Part shown: positions 38,083 to 47,444 of the stretch, piece by piece
Numbering within the stretch: the stretch's first letter is position 1
How the letters are laid out: every line of letters begins with the position of its first letter
DNA from: Candidatus Gottesmanbacteria bacterium
GTDB taxonomy: Bacteria > Patescibacteriota > Microgenomatia > 2-02-FULL-39-11
Direction of reading: 5' to 3'
NCBI GenBank assembly: GCA_016186795.1
Contig: JACPKY010000002.1
Span: forward strand, 989,892 to 1,053,891
DNA length: 64,000 bases
Made by a program: the position numbers and the translations under genes
The notes under the pieces: model-generated
What the model was told of the DNA's origin: nothing
The model's database searches: none
The model's input: only the letters and a program-made list of their open reading frames with translations

Positions 38083-39297
38083 TTAAAAATCTACACGAAG
38101 ATCAAGTGCCTTTTTCCAAAGACGTTTGAGTTGTTGAATTGTAAACGTTGTGAGGAGTGGTTGCGGAGTAGAAAGCCGAGTTTTATCATATTGGGAGATT
38201 GTGTGTCGAAACGTATCGATGAGTTTGTCAAAAATAACTGTTTGAGTAAACTCTTCTAAGACTTTATTTCGAGCTTGTTTCCCAAGAATTTTTGTAAATG
38301 TTGGTTGTCGTAGAAGGATATCAAGGACAACGGGAAGTTGTTGTTTGATTTTTGAACTGGGAAGGACAATTCCAGCGTCACCTAGGGTTTCGCTGTTACT
38401 TCCGGCATCACTTACAACACACGCAAGTCCTGTTGACATTGCTTCAAGAAGGGCAAGTGGCATCCCCTCAAATCGTGATGGCAAGACGAATATCTGACAT
38501 GAGCGGATGATATCGACCTTCTTTTTCTCCGCGAGTATCGAACCGGTGAATATGACGTGTGGATCCTGATATTTTTCTCGAAGTGTTTCTTCCTCCTCGC
38601 CTTGTCCTACAAGAATAAGATGAGAATCTCGGATGGCGGAACTTCGGAGGAATGATTGGATAAGCACTTCTGGGTTTTTTTGAAGCGTGAGTCTCCCAAG
38701 AAATAGTATACCGCGCCTGACGGAGTGCTCTTTTGCAAAAAGTGAGGCTCCTGGCGCATAGACTTTCGGATTAACGCCATTTGGAATGACGGTAATTTTT
38801 TTGGGGTCAATGCCTTTCCGAATATAAAAATGCGCCATCTTTTGGGTAAAAACATGAAGAAGGTTGAGTTGTCGGCACACAGGAAGGAAGAGAAGAAAAA
38901 GAGATTTTGCAAGAATCTGATAGGCATTGTGCTCCTGATTGAAGTCCGCATGCCAGACACCGGCCAAGGGAATTCTCAGTTCAAAACAAAGCCTGGGAAG
39001 AAGAAAATCCAAAGGGGAAAGACCGATATTCGTGTAAACAATATCTGGTTTGAGTTTTTGGAGATATTTCCGAATAACCGTTAAGGTTTTTTCATGAGGC
39101 AGAATGATAAATGATCGTTTTTCAGCAAGGTAGTAAGGAAGGCGATAGATGTTTTTTTGTCGTATTGGCTTTTGTGCAAATCGAAGGATATGAACTTCGT
39201 GGCCCCGTAAGGACATGTGTTCCATGAGACGTTTATTAAACGTCACGATTCCTCCAACTTTCATTGCTTCTTCTTTATCGAGAATGACGACCTTCAT
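38083..39297 (-). CDS. glycosyltransferase family 4, DgdA-like
   Basis: KPDIV..LSPLDFLLP.LC.EL.IPL; IPNGV; EGMPLALLEAM. Confidence 0.85.
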   Translation of the reverse strand: MKVVILDKEEAMKVGGIVTFNKRLMEHMSLRGHEVHILRFAQKPIRQKNIYRLPYYLAEKRSFIILPHEKTLTVIRKYLQKLKPDIVYTNIGLSPLDFLLPRLCFELRIPLAGVWHADFNQEHNAYQILAKSLFLLFLPVCRQLNLLHVFTQKMAHFYIRKGIDPKKITVIPNGVNPKVYAPGASLFAKEHSVRRGILFLGRLTLQKNPEVLIQSFLRSSAIRDSHLILVGQGEEEETLREKYQDPHVIFTGSILAEKKKVDIIRSCQIFVLPSRFEGMPLALLEAMSTGLACVVSDAGSNSETLGDAGIVLPSSKIKQQLPVVLDILLRQPTFTKILGKQARNKVLEEFTQTVIFDKLIDTFRHTISQYDKTRLSTPQPLLTTFTIQQLKRLWKKALDLRVDF

Positions 39298-39356
39298 GAA
39301 AATGTATTATAGCAGATCATAGTAGTCTTCTCTTTCCTTTCGTATGCTACAATGAG

Positions 39357-40562
39357 TTGGTGAGAATTGCCTTTTTCACTGATGCTTTTTTGCCACAGAT
39401 CAATGGGGTGGTAAGTTATGTTGTGGATGTTACTACGTGGCTTACAAAGAAAGGTCATACTGTTATCGTCTATGCACCAAAACCGCGAAGAAATTTTCAT
39501 ATTGACGTGAGTCAGTTTCCATTTCGACTTGTACTTTTGCCCTCCCTTCCATCGCCGATTTATCCGGATATTCGTATAACGATTCCATCACTTCCCAAAA
39601 TATTGCGCGACCTAAAAAGATCTCATATCGATGTTGTCCACATCAATGATCCTTGGACGGTGTGTATGGATGGAGTTGAGGCTGCAAAGTTACTTCGGAT
39701 ACCAATTGTTATGACGTATCATACTTTTTTCCTTGATACTGATATGCTAAAAAATATTCGATTTGGAAAAATATTAACAGCTCTTAGAAAACCCTTATCA
39801 CGTCTCATTACCTTTTTTCACAACTACGCAGATGTTGTTATTTGCCCTTCTTTTACAGCGCAGAAGGAACTTGAGAAATACGGGTTGAAAACTGCAACAG
39901 TTGTACTTCCCAACGGAATTGATCTTTCAAGGATACGAAGGTTGAAGAGTGCAGAAATAGTACAAAGGAGAGCCGAATTTGGCTTATCCTCCAAAGATTT
40001 TGTCGGATTGTACGTCGGCAGACTCTCAGCTGATAAGAGTGTTGATTTTTTAATTCGTGCCTGGAAGAACGTAGTCAGATCTCATCCATCGGCAAAACTT
40101 CTTCTTGTAGGGACTGGGCCAAAGGAGAAAGACATGAAAAAATTAGTTAGGATGCAAAAACTACAGTCTGCAGTCTTTTTTGCTGGATCAATTGAAAGGG
40201 ATAGTTTACTAAGTTCCGGTCTGTATAGTATGGCAGACATATTTATTACAGCAAGTAAGATTGAAAATCAGTCAATCGCCATGATTGAGGCCATGGCTCA
40301 TGGGTTGCCAATTGTTGCGGTTGATATGCGAGGCTCAAAAGAATTAGTCGATAGCACCAATGGATATCTCGTTCCACCTGATAGTATGGATGCGATGTCT
40401 CATGCTATACTTACTCTTATGAAAAGTAGCAAAAAAAGACAACTTCTTAGAAATGGTTCATTGTTCCGTGCAAAGGAATTTTCGAGTTCAACAGTTGTAA
40501 GTAAACTTGAAGGAACGTACTTCGCTTTGAGTCGCGGGAAAAAATACATTCCGTCTTCATGA
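39357..40562 (+). CDS. glycosyltransferase family 4 (monoglycosyl-DAG-synthase-like)
   Basis: FTDAFLPQINGV; TYHT; CPS; PNGID; GRLSADK; ENQSIAMIEAMA. Confidence 0.85.
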   Translation: MVRIAFFTDAFLPQINGVVSYVVDVTTWLTKKGHTVIVYAPKPRRNFHIDVSQFPFRLVLLPSLPSPIYPDIRITIPSLPKILRDLKRSHIDVVHINDPWTVCMDGVEAAKLLRIPIVMTYHTFFLDTDMLKNIRFGKILTALRKPLSRLITFFHNYADVVICPSFTAQKELEKYGLKTATVVLPNGIDLSRIRRLKSAEIVQRRAEFGLSSKDFVGLYVGRLSADKSVDFLIRAWKNVVRSHPSAKLLLVGTGPKEKDMKKLVRMQKLQSAVFFAGSIERDSLLSSGLYSMADIFITASKIENQSIAMIEAMAHGLPIVAVDMRGSKELVDSTNGYLVPPDSMDAMSHAILTLMKSSKKRQLLRNGSLFRAKEFSSSTVVSKLEGTYFALSRGKKYIPSS

Positions 40563-41002
40563 CTATAACACCAAATCAGATCGTTCTTATCGTTCTTATC
40601 ATCCTTTTTGCTATGGTTGGCGGAATGGTTGATACCTACGCCTCATACAAATTTTTTCCTCCCAAAAGGAAACCGCCTCTTTGGTTTTCCCACTTTTTTT
40701 TGGTGTGGTGGCTTATTATCTTCGTCATTTCCTTTCCGTTTCTCTTCGCGTATGTAGCAAGCGGGTACTCTCCAACTATTATCAAAATGTTTGTGACATT
40801 TGGTATTCTTGCTTCTGTTGTCTGGGATCTCATTTTTTCCAAGATGTGGGCAGGAAAGTGGATCTCTGATTCGTGTAAAACATGGTTCTGGGTCGGAAAA
40901 CGCAATCTCGGGTTCACTAAAAAAACAGTGATTTGGCTCCATACGGTGAGAATACTTGTATTTGCAGTGTTGTTTTACACGTTTTTTATCCGCGTATCGT
41001 AA
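40559..41002 (+). CDS. membrane protein
   Basis: 4 hydrophobic segments; ATGA overlap with the upstream GT4. Confidence 0.65.
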   Translation: MTITPNQIVLIVLIILFAMVGGMVDTYASYKFFPPKRKPPLWFSHFFLVWWLIIFVISFPFLFAYVASGYSPTIIKMFVTFGILASVVWDLIFSKMWAGKWISDSCKTWFWVGKRNLGFTKKTVIWLHTVRILVFAVLFYTFFIRVS

Positions 41003-41022
41003 AATCAGGAAAAATTTCAAGA

Positions 41023-41889
41023 ATGCCGGAATATTTTTTTTCTGTCATCATACCGATTCTAAACGAGGAAAAGTTTCTTCCCTTTTTACTCACCGACCTT
41101 TCTAGGCAAGTATTTCACCAATTTGAAGTCATTATTATCGATGCCTATTCCGATGATGATTCAACTGTTCTGGCAGAGAAGTTTCGAAAGAAATTACCCC
41201 ATTTAACTATTGTACAAAGCAAAAAAAGAAATTCACGGTATCAGAGGAATAAAGGTGTCCGTTTTGCGAAAGGGAACTATCTTGTTCTATTTGAGGCAGA
41301 CGTTCGAGTTTCTCCGACGTTTCTGAAAGAGGTCTATGCTGCGATACAAGAAAAACCTGCAGATTGTTATGCTACGTTTCTTGAAATTAGAAGTGATTCG
41401 CCCATTGAGCAATTATTGATTTGTCTCTCAAATATGGCGCTGGTAGGCCTTCAATATATCAGAAAACCATTTGGAGGAGGATTTAATACGATTGTATTGA
41501 AAGATGCATATCGTAAATTAAAAGGGTATCGTGAAGATGCTTGCATTTCAGACGATCATGATTTTGTAACACGACTTTATCAGGCAGGCTATCAGTATCG
41601 AGTATTAACAAGGCCAAAGGTAATCTACTCCTTACGCCGTTTTTATAAACAAGGGACAATACCTGTCATGTGGCTCTATATTAGTGCGGCAATCTATTTT
41701 ATTCTAAAGGGAGAACCGCAGAAAGCGGAAAATTTCTCGTATCCTATGGGAGGTCATCTCTATGACAAGCCTTCTCGGTATAGGTATAGTTTCCTCATCA
41801 ATCAGGTAAATTATTATTCTGATAGGATTTACCGCCACGCTCAGAATGTAAACATGAAGATTAATTCATGGTATCGGAGATATTTTTAA
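41023..41889 (+). CDS. glycosyltransferase family 2
   Basis: SVIIPILNEE; IIDAYSDD; FEAD; SDDHDF; YPMGG. Confidence 0.85.
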   Translation: MPEYFFSVIIPILNEEKFLPFLLTDLSRQVFHQFEVIIIDAYSDDDSTVLAEKFRKKLPHLTIVQSKKRNSRYQRNKGVRFAKGNYLVLFEADVRVSPTFLKEVYAAIQEKPADCYATFLEIRSDSPIEQLLICLSNMALVGLQYIRKPFGGGFNTIVLKDAYRKLKGYREDACISDDHDFVTRLYQAGYQYRVLTRPKVIYSLRRFYKQGTIPVMWLYISAAIYFILKGEPQKAENFSYPMGGHLYDKPSRYRYSFLINQVNYYSDRIYRHAQNVNMKINSWYRRYF

Positions 41890-41897
41890 AAAAAATC

Positions 41898-43259
41898 ATG
41901 AATATCATTGCCGATCTTCAACTCCATTCCAAATACGCAAGAGCAGTTTCTCAAGAGATGGTCATTCCCAAAATGTGGGAGTGGGGGAAGCGAAAAGGAA
42001 TTGGCATCTTAGCAACTGGCGATTGGACACATCCACTTTGGATGAGAGAGATAAAAACGTACTGCGAAGAGATGGGGAATGGACTACTGAAGCTCAAAAA
42101 TCATCCGCCAGTTGGCGGATCAAATATCAAAAATGAAGAGGATGGGCCGTATTTTTTATTAGAATCAGAAGTCTCGTGCATATACTCTCAAGGAGGAAAA
42201 GCAAGACGGATTCATACGCTCATTTGGGCTCCAACAGTTGAGAGCGCGGAAAAAATAAATAAAGAATTGACAAGACAGGGAGCAAACCTCATGTCAGATG
42301 GTAGACCTATCATCGGCCTTACCAGTATTGAGGTTTGTGATATCGTTTTTTCTATTGACCCGAAGTGTTTGATCATACCCGCTCATATTTGGACACCGTG
42401 GTTTTCCCTTTACGGATCGGAATCTGGTTTCGATTCAATATCTGAGGCATATGGGCGGTTTGCGAAAGATATTTATGCTGTGGAGACGGGCCTTTCAAGT
42501 GATCCAGCGATGAACTGGCGAATCAAGGAGCTGGATACACGCGCTATCGTCTCTTTTTCTGATGCTCATTCAGGACCAAAGTTGGGGAGAGAAGCGACAG
42601 TATTTGATTTACACACACTTAGTTTCGACTCAATACGAGAAGCGTTAAAGCAAAACAGTGAGGCCGAAAATCGAATAGCGTATACTATCGAGTTTTATCC
42701 CGAGGAGGGAAAATACCACTATACAGGTCATAGAAACTGTGATGTGAAGCAGACGCCTTCTCAAACACGGGAGAAAGGAACACTTTGCCCTGTCTGTGGA
42801 CGCAAACTTACTGTTGGAGTTATGCATAGAGTAGAAGAATTGGCAGGAAGAACCGAAGAAGAGTTGAAAATCATAAAAAGAGAATTAGGTGGTACGAAGA
42901 TGGAAGGGATATATTCAGAAACCTTTCCCAACAGGCCTTCGTATGTGATGATGGTTCCACTTCAGGAGATTTTATCCGAAGCAATTGGTACCGTCCCAAC
43001 AAGTGTCACTACTCAAAATGAATACAAAAAATTGACTGATCATTTAGGGGGAGAGTTTCACATTCTTTTACAAAAAGATCTTGCGGATATTGCCAAAGTT
43101 TCTGGGGAGCGCGTTGCCCAGTCAATTGAAAAGGTACGGAAGGGTAATATTGTTGTTGATCCGGGGTATGATGGAGTATTTGGTATTGTGAAAATTTGGG
43201 GAAATGAAAAGGAAAAAGAAGAGAAAGATGAGAAAGAGCAGTTGAGTTTGTTTGGATAA
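41898..43259 (+). CDS. endonuclease Q (PHP-domain) family protein
   Basis: ADLQLHSKY; TGDWTHP; PAHIWTPW; ETGLSSD; SDAHS; C..C/CPVCG zinc motif; PGYDGVFG. Confidence 0.85.
   Translation: MNIIADLQLHSKYARAVSQEMVIPKMWEWGKRKGIGILATGDWTHPLWMREIKTYCEEMGNGLLKLKNHPPVGGSNIKNEEDGPYFLLESEVSCIYSQGGKARRIHTLIWAPTVESAEKINKELTRQGANLMSDGRPIIGLTSIEVCDIVFSIDPKCLIIPAHIWTPWFSLYGSESGFDSISEAYGRFAKDIYAVETGLSSDPAMNWRIKELDTRAIVSFSDAHSGPKLGREATVFDLHTLSFDSIREALKQNSEAENRIAYTIEFYPEEGKYHYTGHRNCDVKQTPSQTREKGTLCPVCGRKLTVGVMHRVEELAGRTEEELKIIKRELGGTKMEGIYSETFPNRPSYVMMVPLQEILSEAIGTVPTSVTTQNEYKKLTDHLGGEFHILLQKDLADIAKVSGERVAQSIEKVRKGNIVVDPGYDGVFGIVKIWGNEKEKEEKDEKEQLSLFG
42104..42119. repeat. 16-bp palindrome, copy 3 (variant TCCGCCAGTTGGCGGA, in the EndoQ-like gene)
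   Basis: Flanked by aaaaatc / caaatatcaaaaat; reads HPPVGG. Confidence 0.8.
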
Positions 43260-43260
43260 G

Positions 43261-44217
43261 ATGCTTACTTGCCGCCAAATTGGTCTTGATGATCGTCATT
43301 ACTGGGATGATCTAATAAGTAAGAGTTCTACCGCATCCTTTTTCCAAACCCGCGAGTGGATTTCTCTTTGGATGAAACATTTTAAAGGAAATCCATATAT
43401 CGTAGGAGTTTTTGAAGAGGAAGATTGTATCGGAATTGGTCCATTTGAAAAAAAGGGTACTACATTTGAATTATTGGGAAGTTCTGAAGTGTTAGGGAAG
43501 GAACTTATTAGTGATTACGGCGATATTATTGCACAATCTGGGAGAGAAGAAGAAGTTTGGAAGTCTCTTTTGGCATATAGAGAAAAAGAATATCAAGGAT
43601 TGGTTCTTCGATTTCGATTCATTCAAGCTGATTCCCCAAGCTCTTCGATTCTTGCGAGCCTTGGCTTTGTGAAGGAAAAAAAAGATATTTCTCCGCAACT
43701 TTCCCTTCCAGGTTCATGGGATGAGTATCTTTTATTGCTTGATCGGCATAACCGTCATGAGCTTCGGAGAAAAATGAAACGGCTGGGAGTCTCTTTGAGA
43801 AATCTTGTGGTATCAGAGTGTACAAGTTCCGATATTGATATTTTCTTCCATCTTATGGGGGAAAGTTCACCTCAGAAAGCGGCCTTTTTAACTCCTCTCA
43901 TGAAAGCATTTTTCCAAGATATGATCAAGTTCTACTACGAGCAAAGTCTGCTTGAGCTAATTTTTCTTAACTTCGAGGGCAAATCTGTTGCAGGAGCACT
44001 CGTGTTTTTGTATAAGAATGATGTGCTATTATATAACTCCGGATTTGATAGGACGGTCTATAATCTATCGCCGGGATTTATCTTGTCTGCTCTTCTTATT
44101 CAAAAAGCAATCGAAGAGAAACGACGTCGATTTGATTTCCTCCGGGGAGAGGAGCGGTATAAATTCGATCTTGGTGCACAAGCTCGAGACGTTTATACAT
44201 TTTCAAAGAAACTATGA
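43261..44217 (+). CDS. GNAT-family acetyltransferase (CelD/BcsL-like)
   Basis: FFQTREW; SDYGD; LYNSGFD..SPG; FDFLRGEERYK. Confidence 0.82.
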   Translation: MLTCRQIGLDDRHYWDDLISKSSTASFFQTREWISLWMKHFKGNPYIVGVFEEEDCIGIGPFEKKGTTFELLGSSEVLGKELISDYGDIIAQSGREEEVWKSLLAYREKEYQGLVLRFRFIQADSPSSSILASLGFVKEKKDISPQLSLPGSWDEYLLLLDRHNRHELRRKMKRLGVSLRNLVVSECTSSDIDIFFHLMGESSPQKAAFLTPLMKAFFQDMIKFYYEQSLLELIFLNFEGKSVAGALVFLYKNDVLLYNSGFDRTVYNLSPGFILSALLIQKAIEEKRRRFDFLRGEERYKFDLGAQARDVYTFSKKL

Positions 44218-45005
44218 GAGAGAGACGCTTACTTGCGGTTTTTGCTCATCCTGACGACGAAGCATTTGGTCCGGCTGGGGCAATTGCAAAATATGCACAT
44301 GAAGGAGTCGAGGTACATGTGTTGACAGCAACAAAAGGTGAAAAAGGCGAGTGGCAACAAGAGAAAATCAAAAATCAATCCGCCAGCTGGCGGACAAAAA
44401 TCAAAAGTGAGGAAGTAATTAAAATTACAGAAAAAGTGAAGATTGAACATGTAAGAGAAAAAGAATTATTGGCATCTGCAAAGATATTGGAGGTTGCGAA
44501 AGTAGAGTTCTTAGATTTTATAGACGGGACACTCTGTAATGCGGTATATCATAAGCTCGCTAATAAAGTTATTCAAAAGATCAATGCTTTTCAACCTCAT
44601 GTTGTTATAACATTGGATCGGCTAGGTGTTTCTGGGCATCTTGACCATATTGCGGTGTCTCTCACGACTACGTATGCATTTCAAAAAACAACATTTCCAA
44701 AGAAGTTGTACTATGAGTGTCTCCCTCAAAAAATCAGGAAAAACGATCCGGTGATGGATACCTATTTTATCTATTTTCCCGAAGGATTTCGTGATGAAGA
44801 AATAACCACCCGTATTGATTATTCTGCATATTGGGACAAAAAAGTTGCAGCGATGAGGGCACATAAAAGTCAGAGTAAAGACGTCGGCAATATCCTAACG
44901 AGACTTTCCAAATGGCCGAAGGTAGACTATTTCATACTCCAGATGCATCGGGGTGTTCCTGTAAAGTTACCGGAAACAGATTTGTTTGCAGGAGTAAAGA
45001 TTTAA
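44214..45005 (+). CDS. PIG-L/LmbE-family deacetylase
   Basis: AHPDDE; ATKGEKG; GHLDH; AHKSQ. Confidence 0.88.
   Translation: MRERRLLAVFAHPDDEAFGPAGAIAKYAHEGVEVHVLTATKGEKGEWQQEKIKNQSASWRTKIKSEEVIKITEKVKIEHVREKELLASAKILEVAKVEFLDFIDGTLCNAVYHKLANKVIQKINAFQPHVVITLDRLGVSGHLDHIAVSLTTTYAFQKTTFPKKLYYECLPQKIRKNDPVMDTYFIYFPEGFRDEEITTRIDYSAYWDKKVAAMRAHKSQSKDVGNILTRLSKWPKVDYFILQMHRGVPVKLPETDLFAGVKI
44379..44394. repeat. 16-bp palindrome, copy 4 (in the PIG-L gene)
   Basis: aaaatca aaaatca a-TCCGCCAGCTGGCGGA-c aaaaatc; reads SASWRT. Confidence 0.85.
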
Positions 45006-45051
45006 TTTCGCATTGCAGTTTTGGAAAAATGTGGTAGGCTAAAGACGAGAA

Positions 45052-45462
45052 ATGTTTCTTATGGCACGTCAGTCAATCTCTCATGAAAGACTTCTTGGAC
45101 TTGCTGCCTATGTACTTGCTCCTCTTGTATTCTACAGTCGAGTTGGAAGTTATGGACTCTATCTAGGGCTTTTGGGGCTTGTGCCTCCTTTTTTCCTTCT
45201 CTACAAAGAAAAGAAAAATGCGTTCGTGAGATTCCATGCAATGCAATCACTTGTATTTTTTGGCGCAGTGTATCTTCTGATTCTCGTTCTTGATTTCATT
45301 CCAATTTTGGGTTGGATTATTGGTTTATTACTCTCACCTGTCATTACACTCGTCAGTTTTATCGTGTGGTTACTGCTTCTATGGAGGACATATCTCGGTG
45401 AGAAATATTACTTACCATATTTCGGTGAGCTAGCCCAAAGGCAGGTAGAAAAACTAAAGTAG
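45052..45462 (+). CDS. DUF4870/Tic20-like membrane protein
   Basis: FVRFHAMQS; IPILGW; YYLPYFG. Confidence 0.8.
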   Translation: MFLMARQSISHERLLGLAAYVLAPLVFYSRVGSYGLYLGLLGLVPPFFLLYKEKKNAFVRFHAMQSLVFFGAVYLLILVLDFIPILGWIIGLLLSPVITLVSFIVWLLLLWRTYLGEKYYLPYFGELAQRQVEKLK

Positions 45463-45464
45463 AT

Positions 45465-46064
45465 ATGAAACTCATTGTTGGTCTGGGAAATCCTGGCGGA
45501 AAGTTTGAATACACGCGTCATAATATCGGATTTATGGTTGTCGATAAATTCTTACGTCATAAACTGCCACTTCTGCCATCCCTCAAAGCTTGGAAGAGGG
45601 ATGAATCGTTTAAATCAGAAATCTATAAGCATGATGATCTTGTTATTGCAAAACCACAGACATATATGAATTTATCTGGGGTATCGGTCTCTTCAATTGC
45701 CCGATTTTACAAAATCACCCCTGAAAATGTTTGGGTTATCCATGATGATATAGATCTTCCCATTGGGAAAATCCGGATTAGGAAAGGTGGGGCAACAGCA
45801 GGCCATCATGGGATTGAATCAATTCTGAAAGAACTGGGGACAAGTGAATTTGTACGGTTTCGACTTGGGATTGGAAAAGGGAAACTTGAAAAGATTGGAT
45901 CAGCCGATCAGAATCTTCATCGGCAGGATGTAGAGAAATTTGTTGTGTCGAAGTTTCGCGATAGTGAGGGTGGAGAAGTGAAAAAACTAATAAAGCATGC
46001 GGTTAATGCTCTTGAAATTGCCTTGAAGGATGGGTTAGAGAAGGCGATGAATAGGTTTAATTAA
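45465..46064 (+). CDS. pth: peptidyl-tRNA hydrolase
   Basis: LIVGLGNPG; TRHNIGF; KPQTYMN; HDDID; GHHG. Confidence 0.96.
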   Translation: MKLIVGLGNPGGKFEYTRHNIGFMVVDKFLRHKLPLLPSLKAWKRDESFKSEIYKHDDLVIAKPQTYMNLSGVSVSSIARFYKITPENVWVIHDDIDLPIGKIRIRKGGATAGHHGIESILKELGTSEFVRFRLGIGKGKLEKIGSADQNLHRQDVEKFVVSKFRDSEGGEVKKLIKHAVNALEIALKDGLEKAMNRFN

Positions 46065-46070
46065 TATTCC

Positions 46071-46105
46071 TTTCTTTGGTTGTTCAAAGAAAGTGACCAA
46101 AGAAA
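46071..46105. terminator. hairpin between convergent genes, possible bidirectional terminator
   Basis: TTTCTTTGGT...ACCAAAGAAA. Confidence 0.4.
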
Positions 46106-46115
46106 AACTACGAAA

Positions 46116-46706
46116 TCATCCAGCGGGGGAATTAGGAGGTTGGTGTGCATTTTTGTACGCCTGATTTTCAAACGTTACTTTATTTTCCTCAAAACTTCGA
46201 TCATCGACCATGACTGGAAACGGTATTTGACCAAATACGCGTTCCAAATCAGCTAGCATCGATTGCACCGTTGGTGTATCAAAGTTCTCTGAAAAAAGAA
46301 TCAAATCTGGTTTTACGAAATATCGTAGCTCCGTAAAACCACGTAACCTTTTTTTATCATATCCTGTGGCAGCTTTGGCTTCAGGGGTATATACAGCCCA
46401 TGATAATTGGTGTGGGTCCGTTTCAGTGAGAAGGAATTCTTTTGCCAACCTTAATTTGCCATTTGTTGCTTCGTTTCGTATTCTTTCTAGTAATTGAGTA
46501 CTTGTGTACGTTAAATCCCAATATATCTCACTCACCTCACCATTTCTTACTTGCTCTTCTTGCGCCATATTGATAAGGATTTGATACATGGCCGCGGCAC
46601 TTTCTCCAAGTTCGGTTCTAACTTTTTGTTCGACTTGAGAGTTTAACAAAGAAATATCTTGTTGAGGTGGAATAACGTGTTGCGGATCTACAGTTTCTTC
46701 TGACAT
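46116..46706 (-). CDS. hypothetical protein
   Basis: ~196-aa ORF, no motif recognised. Confidence 0.55.
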   Translation of the reverse strand: MSEETVDPQHVIPPQQDISLLNSQVEQKVRTELGESAAAMYQILINMAQEEQVRNGEVSEIYWDLTYTSTQLLERIRNEATNGKLRLAKEFLLTETDPHQLSWAVYTPEAKAATGYDKKRLRGFTELRYFVKPDLILFSENFDTPTVQSMLADLERVFGQIPFPVMVDDRSFEENKVTFENQAYKNAHQPPNSPAG

Positions 46707-46760
46707 GAGATTATTATGCCAAGCCAATCCAGAAAATTCAATCAAGGAGAAAAAGCAAAA

Positions 46761-47414
46761 TTACTTTCGTAAATACTGTTTTTCGAGATGGAGTGAAGGG
46801 ATCAGTTTCTTCTTTTCGGCAAGACTCAGAAGGTTTGTTATAACCACATACGAGATTGAAATCCCAGCTGCAAAAAGAGTTCTCTCCATAAGAGTTTGAG
46901 GAATAAGAGCAAGCCAGATCGTTTTTGAAAGACCAAAAGCCCACACCCAGAGGAGTCCACCAACAGCGTGTGCTGTAAATGTTGCTCCTAAGCTTCTGAC
47001 AAACAGATTTTTCCTATAAAAGTGTGCGGCAACTGGAATAAGCCACAAAAGGGAATATTGCCATGCAGATCGTCCAATTGGATGAAGATTAAATCCGGCA
47101 ATTGCAACAAGAGGGATTAAAATGTTCACGGAGCGCTTTTTGGAAAAATAAAATACAGCAAAGAGAACGGGAAATAGTCGAATGATGCTACCAAGAGTAA
47201 TACTTTGTGACCCGTGGAGGAAAATATTTATTATTTGGGTCAGAAATACGGCAACAATTCCCGGGGTTGTACCAGTGAACGCACCAATTGATGGGGCAAG
47301 GAAGTCATAGAGGGTGAAATTGACGCTTGCTCCAAGGAGCTGTGTGAAAGGAATTTGAAGCGCAATAAGCCCAAGGATACTAAAAGCAGCAATAAAAATG
47401 AGATTTTTCTTCAT
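46761..47414 (-). CDS. multi-pass membrane protein, possible ECF S-component
   Basis: ~6 TM; F..P.IGAF.G..PG and TFTAHAVG pattern. Confidence 0.6.
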   Translation of the reverse strand: MKKNLIFIAAFSILGLIALQIPFTQLLGASVNFTLYDFLAPSIGAFTGTTPGIVAVFLTQIINIFLHGSQSITLGSIIRLFPVLFAVFYFSKKRSVNILIPLVAIAGFNLHPIGRSAWQYSLLWLIPVAAHFYRKNLFVRSLGATFTAHAVGGLLWVWAFGLSKTIWLALIPQTLMERTLFAAGISISYVVITNLLSLAEKKKLIPSLHLEKQYLRK

Positions 47415-47444
47415 ACAATTATTGTACCATTCCTTAGCTTCAAA

